Shown here: piece by piece, positions 12,759 through 26,254 of the stretch | Layout of the letters: every line of letters starts with the position of its first letter | Position numbering within the stretch: position 1 is the first letter of the stretch | Assembly (NCBI GenBank): GCA_035221665.1 | Contig: CM069140.1 | Location: 54,126,001-54,190,000, forward strand | Direction of reading: 5' to 3' | Source of the DNA: Okamejei kenojei | Taxonomy: Eukaryota | Length of the DNA: 64,000 nucleotides | The notes under the pieces: generated by a model | The model's input: the letters and a program-made list of their open reading frames with translations, nothing else | What the model was told of the DNA's origin: nothing | The model's database searches: none | Program-made: the position numbers and the translations under genes

Positions 12759-14897
12759 TGACCAATAGGTGTTAGTTTAGAGTATTAGAGCAAGTGTCCT
12801 CTCCGCATGGTGAGGCAACTAACGTTTTACATGCATCTCAGTCAATCATAGGCCCAACCATTTATGTTAAGCAGATTATATATTTTTCCTTGAATTGCTT
12901 TTAGTTAGATCCCAGAGGTGACAATAGAAAGGATGCTATCTCTTTTAATGTGCTATCAAATGACTCAAAGTAATATTGCATAGACCTCTAAATCAATGTG
13001 ATAACTGACCTTTATAATGCAATTCTCAACTTTGTCTCCTAAATCTATTTTAAACACGCTGGAATTTTGATACATTTGTTAAAATGTTGCACACTCTGGA
13101 TGTGGATAATCTTGAGCCCCAATTTTTCTTTCCTTCTGCTAAATAGGAGTAATGTCACTTTGACAAGAGTGGTATTGGACAGCTGATGTGCTTTCAGGAT
13201 GAGATGCAATTTATTCTGTTGTGTGTTGTACAGAATCTGCCAAAACACACATTTGATTATTTTGCACAACATGCAAATAATTACGGTGTACTTTGCAACA
13301 GTTTGCACTTTGGAGAGATTTTTAAAAAGATAATGCCAGGTAATATAATGAATAACAAAATCTGTTAGCATGTTGTAATAGTACTCATGCAGAAAATTAA
13401 CTAGAACTGTGCGCAAGACATGAACTGCAATAAAGTGAAATAATTATTTCCTGTTTCTTCAACAGTAAGCATTCCATGTTGAAGGACAACACACTCCAAG
13501 GGACTGTGAAGGTAAGTGAGGCTGAACAAATGTTAAAATGCGAGTCATAGCAAAGATGAATGGAAGTGAGTGAAAGTAAATAAGAAGAAAAATGAAACAA
13601 AGAACAAGAATGAAGAAGAACTGAAACAAAAATAATGGAGAGAGAATAAATTTGCATGCAAGAAATAAAGCAAGGTGCAAAGCAGCTGTAAAACTAAGAA
13701 TTGTATGATATTTCAGATGAGGAAATGAAAGAAAGAAATCACAAGATATGTGAGTAGCAATCGCTCAGAAAAGGAGAGGACTAGAAAGAGATTGAGGAAA
13801 AGAGCCTTTTAACTGACATGAGAACAGTCCAGTCCCTGGAGTACTTCATTTCCAGTTAAGTTAGAATTAAGTCCTTGTTAAACAAGCACTCTTCAAGGAC
13901 TTTCAGCTGCCTTCAGAGTGGGATTAAGGATCAGAAAATAATCGCAGGCTGCCATCAATCCTGTGTAAGAATAAAGTGTTAAAATGCAGCACCATGAGGT
14001 GACCACTTTTGGCAGCGACTATAACCTCAATTGCAGAAATCTTTTCTTGAATTGGCTGGTGCTTTGAGAATATACATGTCAAGGATCATTAAAAGAAGAA
14101 TTAACAAAAACACTTCCTTTTTCATAAGTTTTGCCTCCTATCCTCAGCAACTGAGACATTTTCATGCTTGTAACACATGTACTATATTAAGTCTAAGTCG
14201 TGAAATTATATGATTTTCTTTTAATCGTTTATTGAAATAAGCAATAAAATTTGATGTATCTCGGAGTAAATAACCAATTGCTTTTTTTTTAAATTGACAG
14301 TGTCGAGAATATTTAACACAATTTTGTGGTTTAACATCAAAAATCTCAGAACTTACCAACATGATGGACTGGAACTGGTTAAACTTTATTCGAGTAATAT
14401 ATATTAAAGTCTTGTTTTCTCAAAAAACTTCTCTGCCTATTTCTCCCTTCACTTACTGCTCTGTGAATACCAATCCTTTAGAAGGTCAAATTCTGCAGGC
14501 AATACTCTGGGGTGAAAATGCAGTTGCTCACACAATATTCACATAGATGTTGATGCTGAGTGTCAGAGGATATGTTGATAACTGGACACATCACGTGACT
14601 TCAGCTTTGGAAGCTGGAGGATGATCATGAACGGAAACAGTGACCATAAGTGCAGGTGTGCTTGGGATCAATTGGAGGACTTCAGCTGCCATCTTCTGTA
14701 AGATCAACCAGCCAGACAACCCCTATTGCTGCAACCCTGGGCAGTTCTTCGAAGGGTATACTTTCATTCCAGATACAATTCAGCAAGATAATACTATTGA
14801 ATAAAACAAGGCTTCAAATGAAGCAAAAAATAACTCAAATTACTTCAGTGCACATGAAATCCATGCTCTGCCCAGAGCCCCAAAGCTATTTACTTTT

Positions 14898-15275
14898 CTA
14901 GTTTAGTTGATTTTAATCTATTGTCATGTGTACCGAGGTACAGTAAAACGCTTTTTTGTTGCGCGCTTATCCAGTCAGCCGAAAGTCTATACATGATTAA
15001 AATTAAGCCGTCCAAAGTGTACAGATACATGATAAAGGCAATGACGTTTAGTGCAAGATAAAGTCCAGCAATGTCCGATTAAAGATCCTCCGTGGGTCTC
15101 CAATGAAGTATGTGGAAGGTCAGGACTGCTCACTAGTTGGTGATAGGATGGTTCAGTTTCCTGATAATGGCTGGGAAGAAACTGGCCCTGAATACGGAGG
15201 TGTGCATTTTCACACTTCTGTACCTCTTGCCTGATGGGAGATGGAGAGGAGGAAGTGTCCGGGGCTACGTATTCC
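14898..15275 (-). mobile_element. Rex1/Babar LINE 3' fragment
   Basis: Reverse strand encodes a degraded LPSGKRYRS...FFPAIIR motif. Same family as 29595-30020. Confidence 0.75.
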
Positions 15276-16258
15276 AATTCGTCACTCATCCGAGAATAGT
15301 CTACATTTATGAAGAATTGTGGCTTGCATGTATCTTTAAAGAACATTTTTTTATTCTCAATGTCTGGCTTAGAAGTTCCAAAGATGAAACGGTCATGCTA
15401 AAATCTACCACAGACTTCACTGCTCTCCAGTGAGCAAGAGAATCCTAGAACTAGTTTGCTGGGGAATGTTACATTTCAACACGGATTTCTTCAAATTATG
15501 AATGTAATTGTTAGCATGAATTTTAATAGTATAAGATAATGGGAATGAACTTTATTTTCCAAACATGACCTCTTAGTGAGTGGAAGGATTGTTGAAGGAG
15601 AACATTTTCTTATGTATTGTACTATCAATATTTTTTACAAAGAGTAGCGACTTGTATCAGTACCCAAACCAGAAAGCTTGAGCTCCACTAAATCTTGGTT
15701 TAACTGAATGCACCAGATCTAACGTGTGCACAGATCAAATGAGTCCCTGGTGAACAGCTTGCACATGAAGCTTTCAGAACAAAGTTGGCATCTCGGAACT
15801 AGTAGACTGAGGGACATTGCAAACTATAGACAATAAAAAAAGTCTCTGCAATAATACAGGACCCTGCTGAGAGCTCACTTGGAACATTCTGTATGATCCT
15901 CAATTCCCTATCTAAGGAAGCATATATTTCTGATAGTACAATAAAGGTTCAACAGATTGATTTCTGCAAGTGGGAATTTACCTGTGAGCAGAAACAATGC
16001 AGGGTAAGCTTTTATTTTCAGGAGCTGAGAAGAATGAGATATAATTTCATTGAAGCATACAAATTCCTTCCGGATTTCTTCTCCGTCCTACTGATTACTC
16101 TCATGCACAGTTTCTTTCCACTCCCCACTGCCCCTCCCATCCAATGCCATTACCTTTGTCCATCTTCTCCTGCCTAGCACCCACCTTTCCTTCCTTTGGG
16201 TCCTTGTCACCCTGGCCACCCCCAGCCCCACCCCCGTCCAACCCATGCCCATTCCCAT

Positions 16259-16260
<2 letters not shown>

Positions 16261-16305
<45 letters not shown>
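16261..16305 (+). repeat. (AAT)15 microsatellite, 3' tail of the L2 element
   Basis: Seen directly. Abuts the L2 3' UTR. Confidence 0.95.
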
Positions 16306-16306
<1 letters not shown>

Positions 16307-18465
16307 CATTTTATTTATGGGCGCCTTTCAGAACACTGAAGGACACCTTACAGTTAAAACAAGCAAATGACAAATATATAAATAAAATGAAACAAAAACA
16401 ACATATCCATGAATTTGATAGAAAGTGGAGTTATGTGGGATAGGCCAGTCTGAATAGGTGAGTTTTGAGGGAGGTTTTAAAGGTGGGAAGAGACTTTATG
16501 GTACGGATGGATAGTGGGAGAGAGTTCCAGAGGCGAGGGGCAGAATGGCTGAAGGCTCTGAACCCCACCGTGGATAGGCGGGCAGATGGAGTGGAGAGCA
16601 GGGAGCAAGAAGAGGATCGGAGAGTTCGGGATGGAGTGTAAGGCTGGAGGAGTTCAGAGAGGTATGGAGGAGCAAGATTGTGGAGGGCTTTGAAAGTGAG
16701 GCGGAGAATCTTAAAATCAATGTGGTATTGGACAGGGAGCCGGTGCAGTTGTTTGAGGATGGGAGTGATGTGTTCGATGGATGGGGTTCTGGTGATAATG
16801 CGGGCAGCTGAGTTCTGGACCAATTGGAGTTTATCGATGGACTTGTGGGGTAAACCAGAGAGGAGAGAGTTACAATAATCAATACGGGAGGCGACGAGGG
16901 CGAGGATGAGAGTAGCAGTGCTGTTCGGTGTGAGTGATGGACGAAGACGGTGGATAGTGCGTAGGTGGAAGTAAGCAGACCGAGTGAGATTATTCATGTG
17001 TTTTTCAAAATAAAGTGTGCTATCAAGGATGACACCCAGACTCTTGACCTGAGGGGAAGGAGGGACAATGGAATAGTCAATGGTGAGTGAGAAATTGGGA
17101 TATTTAGATAGGGTGGATTTGGAGCCAACAAGGAGAATTTCAGTTTTGTTACTGTTGGTTTGAGGAAGTTGTGAGCAAACCAGGTTTTAATTTCCACTAA
17201 GCAGTCAGACAGGAAAGAGGGAGGATGCATGGAAGTGGGTTTGGTGGACAGGTAGAGCTGGGTGTCATCCGCGTAGCAGTGAAATTGAATGTTGTATTTC
17301 CTGAAAATAAAACCAAGGACACATTTATAATAAATACATTTTAAAACCGAGGGGCCCTGGGACTGAGCCATGGGGAACACCACTGGTGACTGGGGAGGGT
17401 AGTGATTGGACATTTTAAGTTGTACAAACTGAGTGCGGCTGGAGAGGTTTGATGTGAACCAGGTGAGTGATGTGTTGATGATACCAATGGAGGCTAGACG
17501 GTCGAGGAGGATGTTGTGAGAGATGGTGTCAAAGGCAGCAGTCAAATCAAGGAGGATGAGTATTGTGAGAAAACCGGAGAAGGCAGCCATCAGCAGGTCG
17601 TTGGTGACCTTGACTAATGCTGTTTCTGTGCTATGGAGAGGGCGAAAACCAGATTGAAATTGTTCATAGAGGTTATTGCTGATGAGATGATTGTGAACCT
17701 GTGCAGCAACTGTTTTTTCTAGTATTTTAGAGATAGATGGCAAATTGGAGATTGGTCGGAAATTATTTAGATTGCTGGGATTTGCACCGGGTTTCTTAAG
17801 TACTGGAGTTATTGCAGTGGTTTTGAGAGAGGAAGGAACATGAGCAGAAATAAAGGAGGAGTGGATGATGTTAGTTGTGAAAGAGGAGAGGGAAGGTAGA
17901 CGGGTTTTGACTAAGTGGGTGGTGATTGGGTCGAGTTGGCAGGTGGATGATTTCGATTTTCGGATGAAACCAGATATTTCAGTAACAGTTGGGAGTTGAA
18001 AACTAGATAATAAAGAAAAGGGGGGGACAGAAGAAGGTGGACGGAGTGCACTATTATCCGCATTAGATAAAGAGGGGAGCTGTTTGTGAATGTTTTCAAT
18101 TTTCGTTTTGAAAAAGGACATAAAACTATTACATTGAGAAGTTGAGTACAAGTGGGATGGGAGAGTATACGGTGGTCGTGAGATCATGTTAATTGTGGAA
18201 AACTGGGCTCGAGTGTTCCCTTCGCCAGATGAAATTAAATTAGCATAGTATATGGATTTACCTGTGGAGAGGACATCCTTATAGTGCAGTATGTGGTTGT
18301 CATACATGTCCTTGTGAACAACAAGTCCGTTTTTTTTGTAGAGACGTTCCGGGCGACGTCGTTTTATTTTTAGCTGGCGTAGAACAGGTGTGTACCGGGG
18401 CAGAGTGTGTAAAAGAAACAGTCTGGGTTTTCAAAGGAGCAAGAATGTCCAGAAGTCCATCATTG
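16261..18465 (-). mobile_element. L2-clade LINE, 5'-truncated RT pseudogene
   Basis: ORFs with [68 protein letters not shown]. Confidence 0.95.
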
Positions 18466-18469
18466 TAAT

Positions 18470-18825
18470 GTAGTACCCACCATCCATCCCTCTATCTAGT
18501 TCTACATTTCGCTCCTCACCTTCCTTTCTTATCAGATCCTTAATTTGCAGCCCCTTGTCTGTTCCACTTATCACCTTCAGCTTTTGTAACTATTTCCACT
18601 CTTCTCTCCCCCACGTGACTCATCTGCCTCTCAATTCCCCCATACCTTGATCACCTAACACTTGCCAGTTCTTGCCCCACGACCTCCCCTCGCCTCTATC
18701 TACTAAATATCTCCCCTCCTCTCCTCCAGTCTTGAAGAAGTGTCCTGACACAAAACGTTGTCTATCTATTTCCTTCCACAGATGCTGCCTGACTCACTGA
18801 ATCCATCCAGCAGTTTATTTTGTGC
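18470..18825 (+). mobile_element. Penelope-like 3' UTR/pLTR; its 5' part is probably ~16075-16260, split off by the L2
   Basis: Pyrimidine-rich UTR, then a degenerate hammerhead (gtcttgaagaagtgtcctgacacaaaacgt) and gatgctgcctgac...ccagcag. Confidence 0.65.
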
Positions 18826-19687
18826 TTAATGTTGGAATTGCATAGCAGGTCAGGCAGAGAAAGACACAGTTAATGTATCAGTTTGATGATGTTTCATCAC
18901 AACTGGGAGAAGTTTCTCTTTCTACAACTCCTTACTGACTTGCTGGATATTATTTTTAGTTTTTTTATATTTAATTTTAGATTTTCAGTATTTGTGATAT
19001 TTTGCTTTGGATTCAGAAGCATGTAAGTAGAAATTAGTGCTTATTTGCAGACAAATGACATTAATGTCTACATAGCAGAGAGACAATTTAGTTCCATGAG
19101 ATTCAGAATTCCTTTCAGTGAATTGAAAGGCCTGGGTTTTGAGATATCAAAATGCTTTATTTGATTCAAATATTATTTAACTGGAATCTTTTGTCCTCAA
19201 ATAGTTTCACTTTTGCAGTTTAAATGTAATATAGACAGCCGATGTTCACTAAGCCTATGTTCCCAATTTGCGTCTGCCATGGATAAATTGCTTTAATGAC
19301 TTAATCGATCTACATCAACAGTCATCACCGAGCTGCCCATCTATTTATGTGGCCTCTGGGTTTCTGTGGCTCTACTCCTAAAAGATCAGTGATGTTTGAT
19401 TTGTGACTTACTTCACTGCATTTAAAACATCTGAATTAATTTCTTGGATATCTGAGGTCTGCTTGACTGACCTCTGCTCCTGTCCTAGGAGAGATGAGCA
19501 TTTGAGTTGCGGAATGGCTTGTTCATGGGACAGTGTAAGCATTTAGCCTTTTACCTGAATTGGCAGAACCATATATTAGTGATCGTGCCTTGTTAATTGA
19601 CACATTTCACAGTGGTAAAAAAAATCACTTATTCTCGAATCACCTCGATTTGTGCCTATAAATGTGTATCTCTGTGTTAAATAGGGA

Positions 19688-19993
19688 AGGCAGGTCAGTT
19701 GGAAGAGCTGCCACCTCACTGCGTCTGCGGCCCAGATTTCATTCTGATCTCACATGTTATTTCTGTGGAGTTTGCATGTTCTCCATGTTTTCCATGTGAC
19801 CGCCTGGGTTTCCTACAGCTGCTCCAGTTTCCTCCCACATAAGGTTAATTGCCCTCTGTGTAGTTCCCCATAGTGTGTAGGGAGTGGATGTGAAAGTGGG
19901 ATAACATAGAGTGAATGGCTGATCAGCATGGATTTGATGGGCTGAAGGATCTGTTTCCGTGCTGCATCTCTAAACTAAACTAAAACTAAACTT
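19688..19993 (+). mobile_element. HE1-type SINE, diverged
   Basis: V-domain and ctaaactaaactaaaact tail. Confidence 0.8.
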
Positions 19994-20424
19994 TAAATGA
20001 TTAATAATTAATTTGTTTCTCAAACTAATGTCCCCTTTATCTTCTGTTTGGAAAGCCATTGCCTCATAACTGCATTTTCGATAATCACATCTTCATAAAT
20101 GCTTAGCTATCTTTTGATTCTGAAGCCTTTAATTGGATTGATGTCTTTATTGGCCTATTCCTCCACTGAAATTTCCTATTGGCCTGTTGCTGAAAGAATT
20201 TGTATAAACATTATTGTTAAGAAATGTCAGTGGATCACAATTAGCCATGAATTATTAGAAGTTGTGAAAGCATTCTAGGTACAATTATTGTTCATGTGAA
20301 TATATGTTAAATCCATCCTCAAAAAAAGGGAAAATAAGCAAAATACTGTATCCATAGAACTATCCAATTGCTCTGTGCTTTATTTTGCTGCAACATTATC
20401 AAGATCTGTATTTTGTGAACCATT

Positions 20425-20690
20425 TATAGATTCATAGTTTCACAGCATGGAAACAGGCCCTTCGATCCAACTTGCCCACATCGGCCAACATGTCCCACCT
20501 CCTCTCCTCCCACCTGCCTGTGTTTGGCCCAGACCCTCCCAAACCTGTCTAAATGTTTCTTAAAGGTTGCAATAGTACCTGCGTCAACTATCTTCTCTGG
20601 CAGCTCATTCCATACACCCACCGCCCTTTGTGCATAAAAGGTTACCCCTCGGGTTCCTATTAAATCTTTCCCCCTTCACCTTATACCTTC
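20425..20690 (-). mobile_element. CR1 3' end
   Basis: ORF MGVWNELPEKIVDAGTIATFKKHLD and a 3' UTR. Confidence 0.85.
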
Positions 20691-22024
20691 TGTTTTGAAT
20701 AGGTTTGGATAAGCCCATCAGCGACATGAATATCTTAACATGGACAGTACCTAATGTGTATCCCCCCCAAATATTCTCTGCAGTCTCCTTGGTGTTCGAT
20801 GGGGGGTTTTAAGAGTAATGATCTCAAGGGACTCGTAATCACATAAACAAATATAGTTCTCCTTTGGGTGCACGTGAAACTTCTCGGGTCTGAGGATCAC
20901 ACTATGTAATTCCCTCTTAATTTGTGTGCAATCTGTTTCTGTGGCTATCTGAGTTCTACTGCAGGATTGTTACTCTGGGATTCTTTTTTTTCAGACACCT
21001 GTATGTAGTGCCAGATCTTTTTTTCATCCTTGGCATATTGCAACATCTTTAAGAGCTTCAGTGTTTGATTGTTCAATTTTACTTGCTTCTTCCTTCAATG
21101 GCTTGTTGCTGATGTCAGTCATAATCTAGCTTGTTTACAGTTTCAAATTACCCGAAGGCCGTAATGAAATCTTTATCCCATTGAGACATTCATGTGCAGC
21201 AACCAGTCGGTGAAATTCCTCCCAAGCTGTATTGATAACAAATGTCATTCTTTTTTAATGGCAGCTTTTGAAATGAAGTGTTGAATCGGGTTAAATATGA
21301 GCTCAAGTTCATCAAACTCATTCTTTACTCTTCGTGTAACAAAACATCTCCTGTCACCTTCTTAAGATAGTGACTCCTCCTCATCCCTAGGATAGAAGCA
21401 CATTTTCAGCACGCTGCATGATTACTCAACATTTACTCAGCTGGATACTCAAGAGAATTAGGCATCGCTACTGGAAATATTCTGTGTGCCTCAGTCAGTG
21501 TCTCCAACCTGGCTTTAGTTTTCTCTTTGCAAGCCACAGGGACATACCTTGAATGGAATACCATAGCTTGCTTACTATCATTTACTCGATAGTATTACGT
21601 TCTAGTTTCCCTGTTGCTTAAGTGAGATTGGTATGTGCATTTGCAAATTGCATGGCTCATGCAGAATTTAATTTTCATGATCTTATGATGTACCTTTCTC
21701 AGTCCCACCTGACGAACTATATAGCTTCCTAATATAGGTGTGTTAGATTGTTGAATGATTCCCCAAGTCCAGAGGTAGTGTTTTAAAACTCTTATTCAGG
21801 CACAGAGCTTAGATACTATCCAAGTGAAGCCTGGAACACAAGAACAAAGAAACTATGGATGTAACTATTAGTTAAACTTTCCCGCGGATCAGATAGTAGC
21901 TCCCTTGACTTTCCATTGGTTGGTGGCACTATTCAAAGTTGTTTCTTTTTCTGAGTGGTTCAGGTCCAACCACCAGGGTATTTTCTACAAGATTGACTCT
22001 TTCCCACATGTGGACATCTTTGTT

Positions 22025-22846
22025 CAAGAGTTAAAGTTCAAGAGAGTTTATAGTCATCTGTCCCAGATAGGACAATGAAATTCTTGCTTTGCTTCAGCAC
22101 AACAGAATATTTTAGGCATAAATAAATACAGAACAGATCTGTGTGTTCATATACTATTGAGTATATATATATACACACATAAATAAGCATATAAAGTGCA
22201 ATAGGCTATTAAAGATTTTTGTTTGAGTTGAGTTTAATAGTCTGATGGCTGTGGGGAAGTAGCTATTCCTCAACCTGGATGTTGCAGATTTCAGGCTCCT
22301 GTACCTTCTACCTGAAGGCAGTGGAGAGATGAGTGTATGGCCAGGGTGGTGTGGGTCCTTGATGATGCTGCCAGCCTTTTTGAGGCAGCGACTGTGGTAG
22401 ATCCCCTCGATGGTAGGGAGGTCAGAGCCGATGATGGACTGGGCAGAGTTTACAACTTTTTGCAGTCTTTTCCACTCCTGTGCGCACAAGTTGTCGAACC
22501 AAGCCACGATGCAACTGGTCAGCATGCTCTCTACTGTGCACCTGTAGAAGTTTGAGAGAGTCCTCCTCGACATACCGACTCGCCGTAATCTTCTCAGGAA
22601 GTAGAGGCGCTGATGTGCTTTCTTTATAATTGCATCAGTGTTCTGGGACCAGGAGTGATCTTTGGAAATATGCATGCCCAGGAATTTGAAGCTCTTGACC
22701 CTTTCCACCATCGACCCGTTGATATAAACGGGACTGTGGGTCCCTATCCTACCCCTTCCAAAGTCCACAATTAGTTCCTTGGTTTTGCTGGTGTTGAGAG
22801 CCAGGTTATTGCGCTGGCACCATTTGGTCAGTCAGTCGATCTCACT
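22025..22846 (-). mobile_element. Rex1/Babar LINE 3' part
   Basis: ORF 22154-22768: [49 protein letters not shown]. Confidence 0.92.
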
Positions 22847-22892
22847 GGAACTGGGTTTCAAATGGTCTAAATCAACCCTAGTTGAGCATTGC

Positions 22893-23078
22893 TAGTATCA
22901 AATATTTTTAAGGCAGAGATAGACAAATTCTTGATTAGAACGGGTATCATGGGTTATGAGGAGCAGGCAGGAAAATTTGATCAGGAAGAGGAGATCAGCC
23001 ATCATTGAATGGCGGAGTAGACTCAATGGGCCGAATGGTCTAATTCTACGCCTATAACTTGTGAACCTGTGAACTTGT
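22893..23078 (+). mobile_element. CR1 3' tail fragment
   Basis: tttaaggcagagatagac...gatcagccat...gggccgaatgg with a gtgaac-type tail. Confidence 0.75.
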
Positions 23079-23157
23079 AAGCATCTTGCCAACGGAACAT
23101 TCACAATTCTCCATCAATGGGTGTGACATCTTTCTGATCTACTACCATCAAGTACAC

Positions 23158-23456
23158 ATTTAGTTTAATTTAGTTTAGAGATACAGCATGGAAACAGTCC
23201 CACCGAGTCCTCACCGACCAGCGATCCTCGCACAATATCACTATCCTACACACGCTGGGGACAAATTTACATTTATACCAAGCCAATTAACCTACAAACC
23301 TGGACATCTTTGGAGTGGGGGAGGAAAACCGAAGATCTTGGAGAAAATGCACGTGGTCATAGGAAGAACGTACCCGTAGTCGGGATTGAACCTGCGCCTC
23401 TGGCTCTGCAAGCGTTGTAAGGCAGCAACTCTACCGCTGCTCCACTGCGCCGCCGC
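23158..23456 (-). mobile_element. HE1-type SINE
   Basis: tttagttt tail and reverse-complement head and V-domain. Confidence 0.88.
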
Positions 23457-23587
23457 ACAGCATAACTCTCTTAATTCTTTGGATCCATCTTTGGATAGCA
23501 TTTCCCAACAAACGTCAGTTAATGTTGTTCTACCTCAACAGCATTGAATCATTGGTTTCTATTGCACTGTATTAATATTGATAATAT

Positions 23588-23748
23588 GTGTAAGAAGGAA
23601 CTGCAGATGCTGGTTTAAACCGAAGATGGACACAAAAAGCTGGAGTAACTCAGCGGGACAGGCAGCATCTTTGGAGAGAAGGAATGGGTGACGTTTCGTG
23701 TTGAGACCCTTCTTCAGACTGGTTAGGGATAAGAGAAACAAGAAACAA
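23588..23748 (-). mobile_element. Penelope-like pLTR end with hammerhead motif (23686-23720)
   Basis: Minus strand agtCTGAAGAagggtctcaacacGAAACGTCaccc. Core intact, stem II weakened. Confidence 0.8.
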
Positions 23749-24189
23749 ATTAAGTTCCTTTACGAAGGCAGTATACCAGTAGAAATGTCATTGACTGCCA
23801 GTGGCACCAACATTTTTGCATTGGTACATCTAATGAGCATTCCAGGTTTGGCAAGCAATTGACACCCTACCAGGTATGCTATTTTCTGCTGTTACTCTGA
23901 ACCTAGTGCTGTTTCTGCCACAGCACGGCTCATCCCATCCACTCCATAGGCTCCTGATGACCTCATCATCATGCACAGTTTGTAGAAATGATCTTGTAAG
24001 CTGGGACATTTTCCCATATGCAGCATACTTTTCTGTACCACTCATGTTATTGTTCACCATAATTGTAACATCCGAACAAACTTGGCAGTTCGTTCTTTTT
24101 TCTGTCCATAATCTTGTGTTTCGGCATAAATAGCTCTCTCTATCCAGCTCCACAGGTGGAGAAGTGGCAGGTTCAATCCAGAAGGATTT

Positions 24190-25110
24190 TGGGAGGTCAA
24201 CCAATGTAAGGGGAATGTACACAGTCAATGCAGGACACTTAACAGCAATGGTGTACAGATGGATCTTGTGATCCAGGTCCTGGGCACCCTGAATATAATA
24301 ACATCAGTGGCAAAGAAGGTGTATGCTTGCCTTCATCGGTCAGGTCATTAAGGATGACAGCTTTATAAAATTTTGGTTGTGCAGCATTTGGAGTAATATA
24401 AATGCAGTTTTGGTCACAGGAATAATGAGAAGGCATTGGAGAGGGTGACCAGAATGCTGCCTGGATGCGAGGGTATTAGCTATAAGAAGAGGTTTTCTCT
24501 GGATTATCACAGGCTGAGGAGAGACCATGTAGAAGCTTATAAATTATGAGAAGCGCGGATGGTCAGACAGAAACTTTATCCCACGGTAGAAATGTCAAAA
24601 ACAAGTGGACAAAGATTTAAGGTAAGAGGGGGATAGTTTAAAGGAGATGTGCTGGGCAAGTATTTTTCACAGAGTGGGTAGGTGCATGGAATGCACTGTC
24701 AGGGGGTGATGGTAAAAGCAGACACCATAGAGGCTTATAAAAGGCTTTCACATAAGCATGTGGATTTGCAAGGAATGAAGAGATATACCTTAATTTAGTT
24801 TAGAGCTACAGTGTGGAAATAGGCCCTTCGGCCCACTGAGTCCGCGCCGACCAGCGATCACCCCAGGAGGAAACCTGAGGAAAACCTACGCGATCACGGG
24901 AAGAACATACAAACTGCGTACAGATAGCACTCGTAGTCAGGATCGAACCCGGGTCTCTGGTGCTGTAAGGCAGCAACTCTACCTCTGTGCTACTGTGTCA
25001 CCCCAAATATGGATTATGTACAGGCAGAAGGGATTGGTTTAATTTGGCACAATGTTCGATACAAATGTCACGAGCCAAACGGCCTGATGCTGTGCTATAC
25101 TCTTCTATGA
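24190..25110 (+). mobile_element. Old CR1 interrupted by an internally deleted minus-strand HE1 SINE (~24791-25004)
   Basis: CR1 motifs (gcagttttggtcac, gagagggtg). The 3' UTR resumes after the SINE. Confidence 0.75.
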
Positions 25111-26254
25111 TATGTGTTAAATAGAACGAGAGAATCAGTTTTATTGGAGCTGAGTTTTTCTTTCATTTAATCTACAGACAACCCTGTAGACACAGAAAAA
25201 GAAAGGGAGAGAGAAAGCCGTCTATAGATGAGGGGATAGCACTTAATAGTCTCAAATGGCTGCCTTAAAGGAAATTCAGTTAACAAAATGTCAGAGGGAA
25301 ATGCACTTCCATTCACTTTATGACACATGATCCTGCACGCATAGGGAAACAATATTTACAATATGCTAGCCATTTCAATTCATTTTAGAGATGTACGACG
25401 GAGATTAATTTGCGGGATAGAAAATGGCAAGAGAAAGATGTCTAATGCTTCTCTCTAAAAAGGAGCTGTCCTCAAGTCAGAGGTGTTGGAGCCACCAGGC
25501 TTGCAAAGATTAATTGCCTTACTGCCATTAAACCTAAAATTAGCTGGTGGGGGAACATCATGTAAAAGGTTGAAAAGCCATGAATTATTATTTTTAAGCT
25601 CCTACCTTTAGAAGATACTTTTCCCTCTTGCAAATGTCACTTGTGCTGAGCTAGCTGGTTGTGTAAAAGTTATGTTTTTTAATCATGCTGCACAAATTAT
25701 TTTTTTGATTAATTTTTCCTCGCTTCTATCGTCTCTCAGCCTCTCAGCACAACTGCTGACCTGCACAGCACCCTTTCTTCAAGCACGAAAGGAAGAGAAG
25801 GAGTGAGAGAACAGGTGATGACTCACTGAGGGTCCCTGATTTTCCGCTTCTGTGTAGATCCCAGTGTGACAGAAATATGTCAAAGATATTGAGTGTTCTG
25901 GTGATACTGCAAAAGACTTTGTCCTTCGCTGTCTCATGGTGCTGTATCATTACAAGTATCTTCCATCAAAATGCTTTTAACATTCACTTTCCTTTCAAAT
26001 GGTGTAAGCACTATAATTGAGGAATCTACTGTTGAATTTTACAGGGAGAAATTGCGCTCTGAAGTGTCTGTTTTTATGTAATCCATCCATCCTTTCTGCC
26101 CTAAAATAACAGATGTGGTCCCTCAGCACATTTGTGCGGTGATTGGCAACTGATGCCATTTTGAACAGGGTGCCCACAGGGATAGTGAACATCCATTGCT
26201 AATGTGCGTAGTGGACAGACACTGGCACCACCATCGTGGAACACAGGGCACCAG

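Noticed and set aside
13718-13749. Short AG...GTGAGT pseudo-exon
   Set aside because: Weak pyrimidine tract, purine-rich low complexity and no resemblance to RNF220.
16088-16443. Poly-Tyr and poly-Asn ORFs
   Set aside because: They are translations of the (AAT)15 L2 tail.
16994-18307. 437-aa ORF as a host gene or novel RT system
   Set aside because: It is a frameshifted, 5'-truncated L2 ORF2 with standard motifs.
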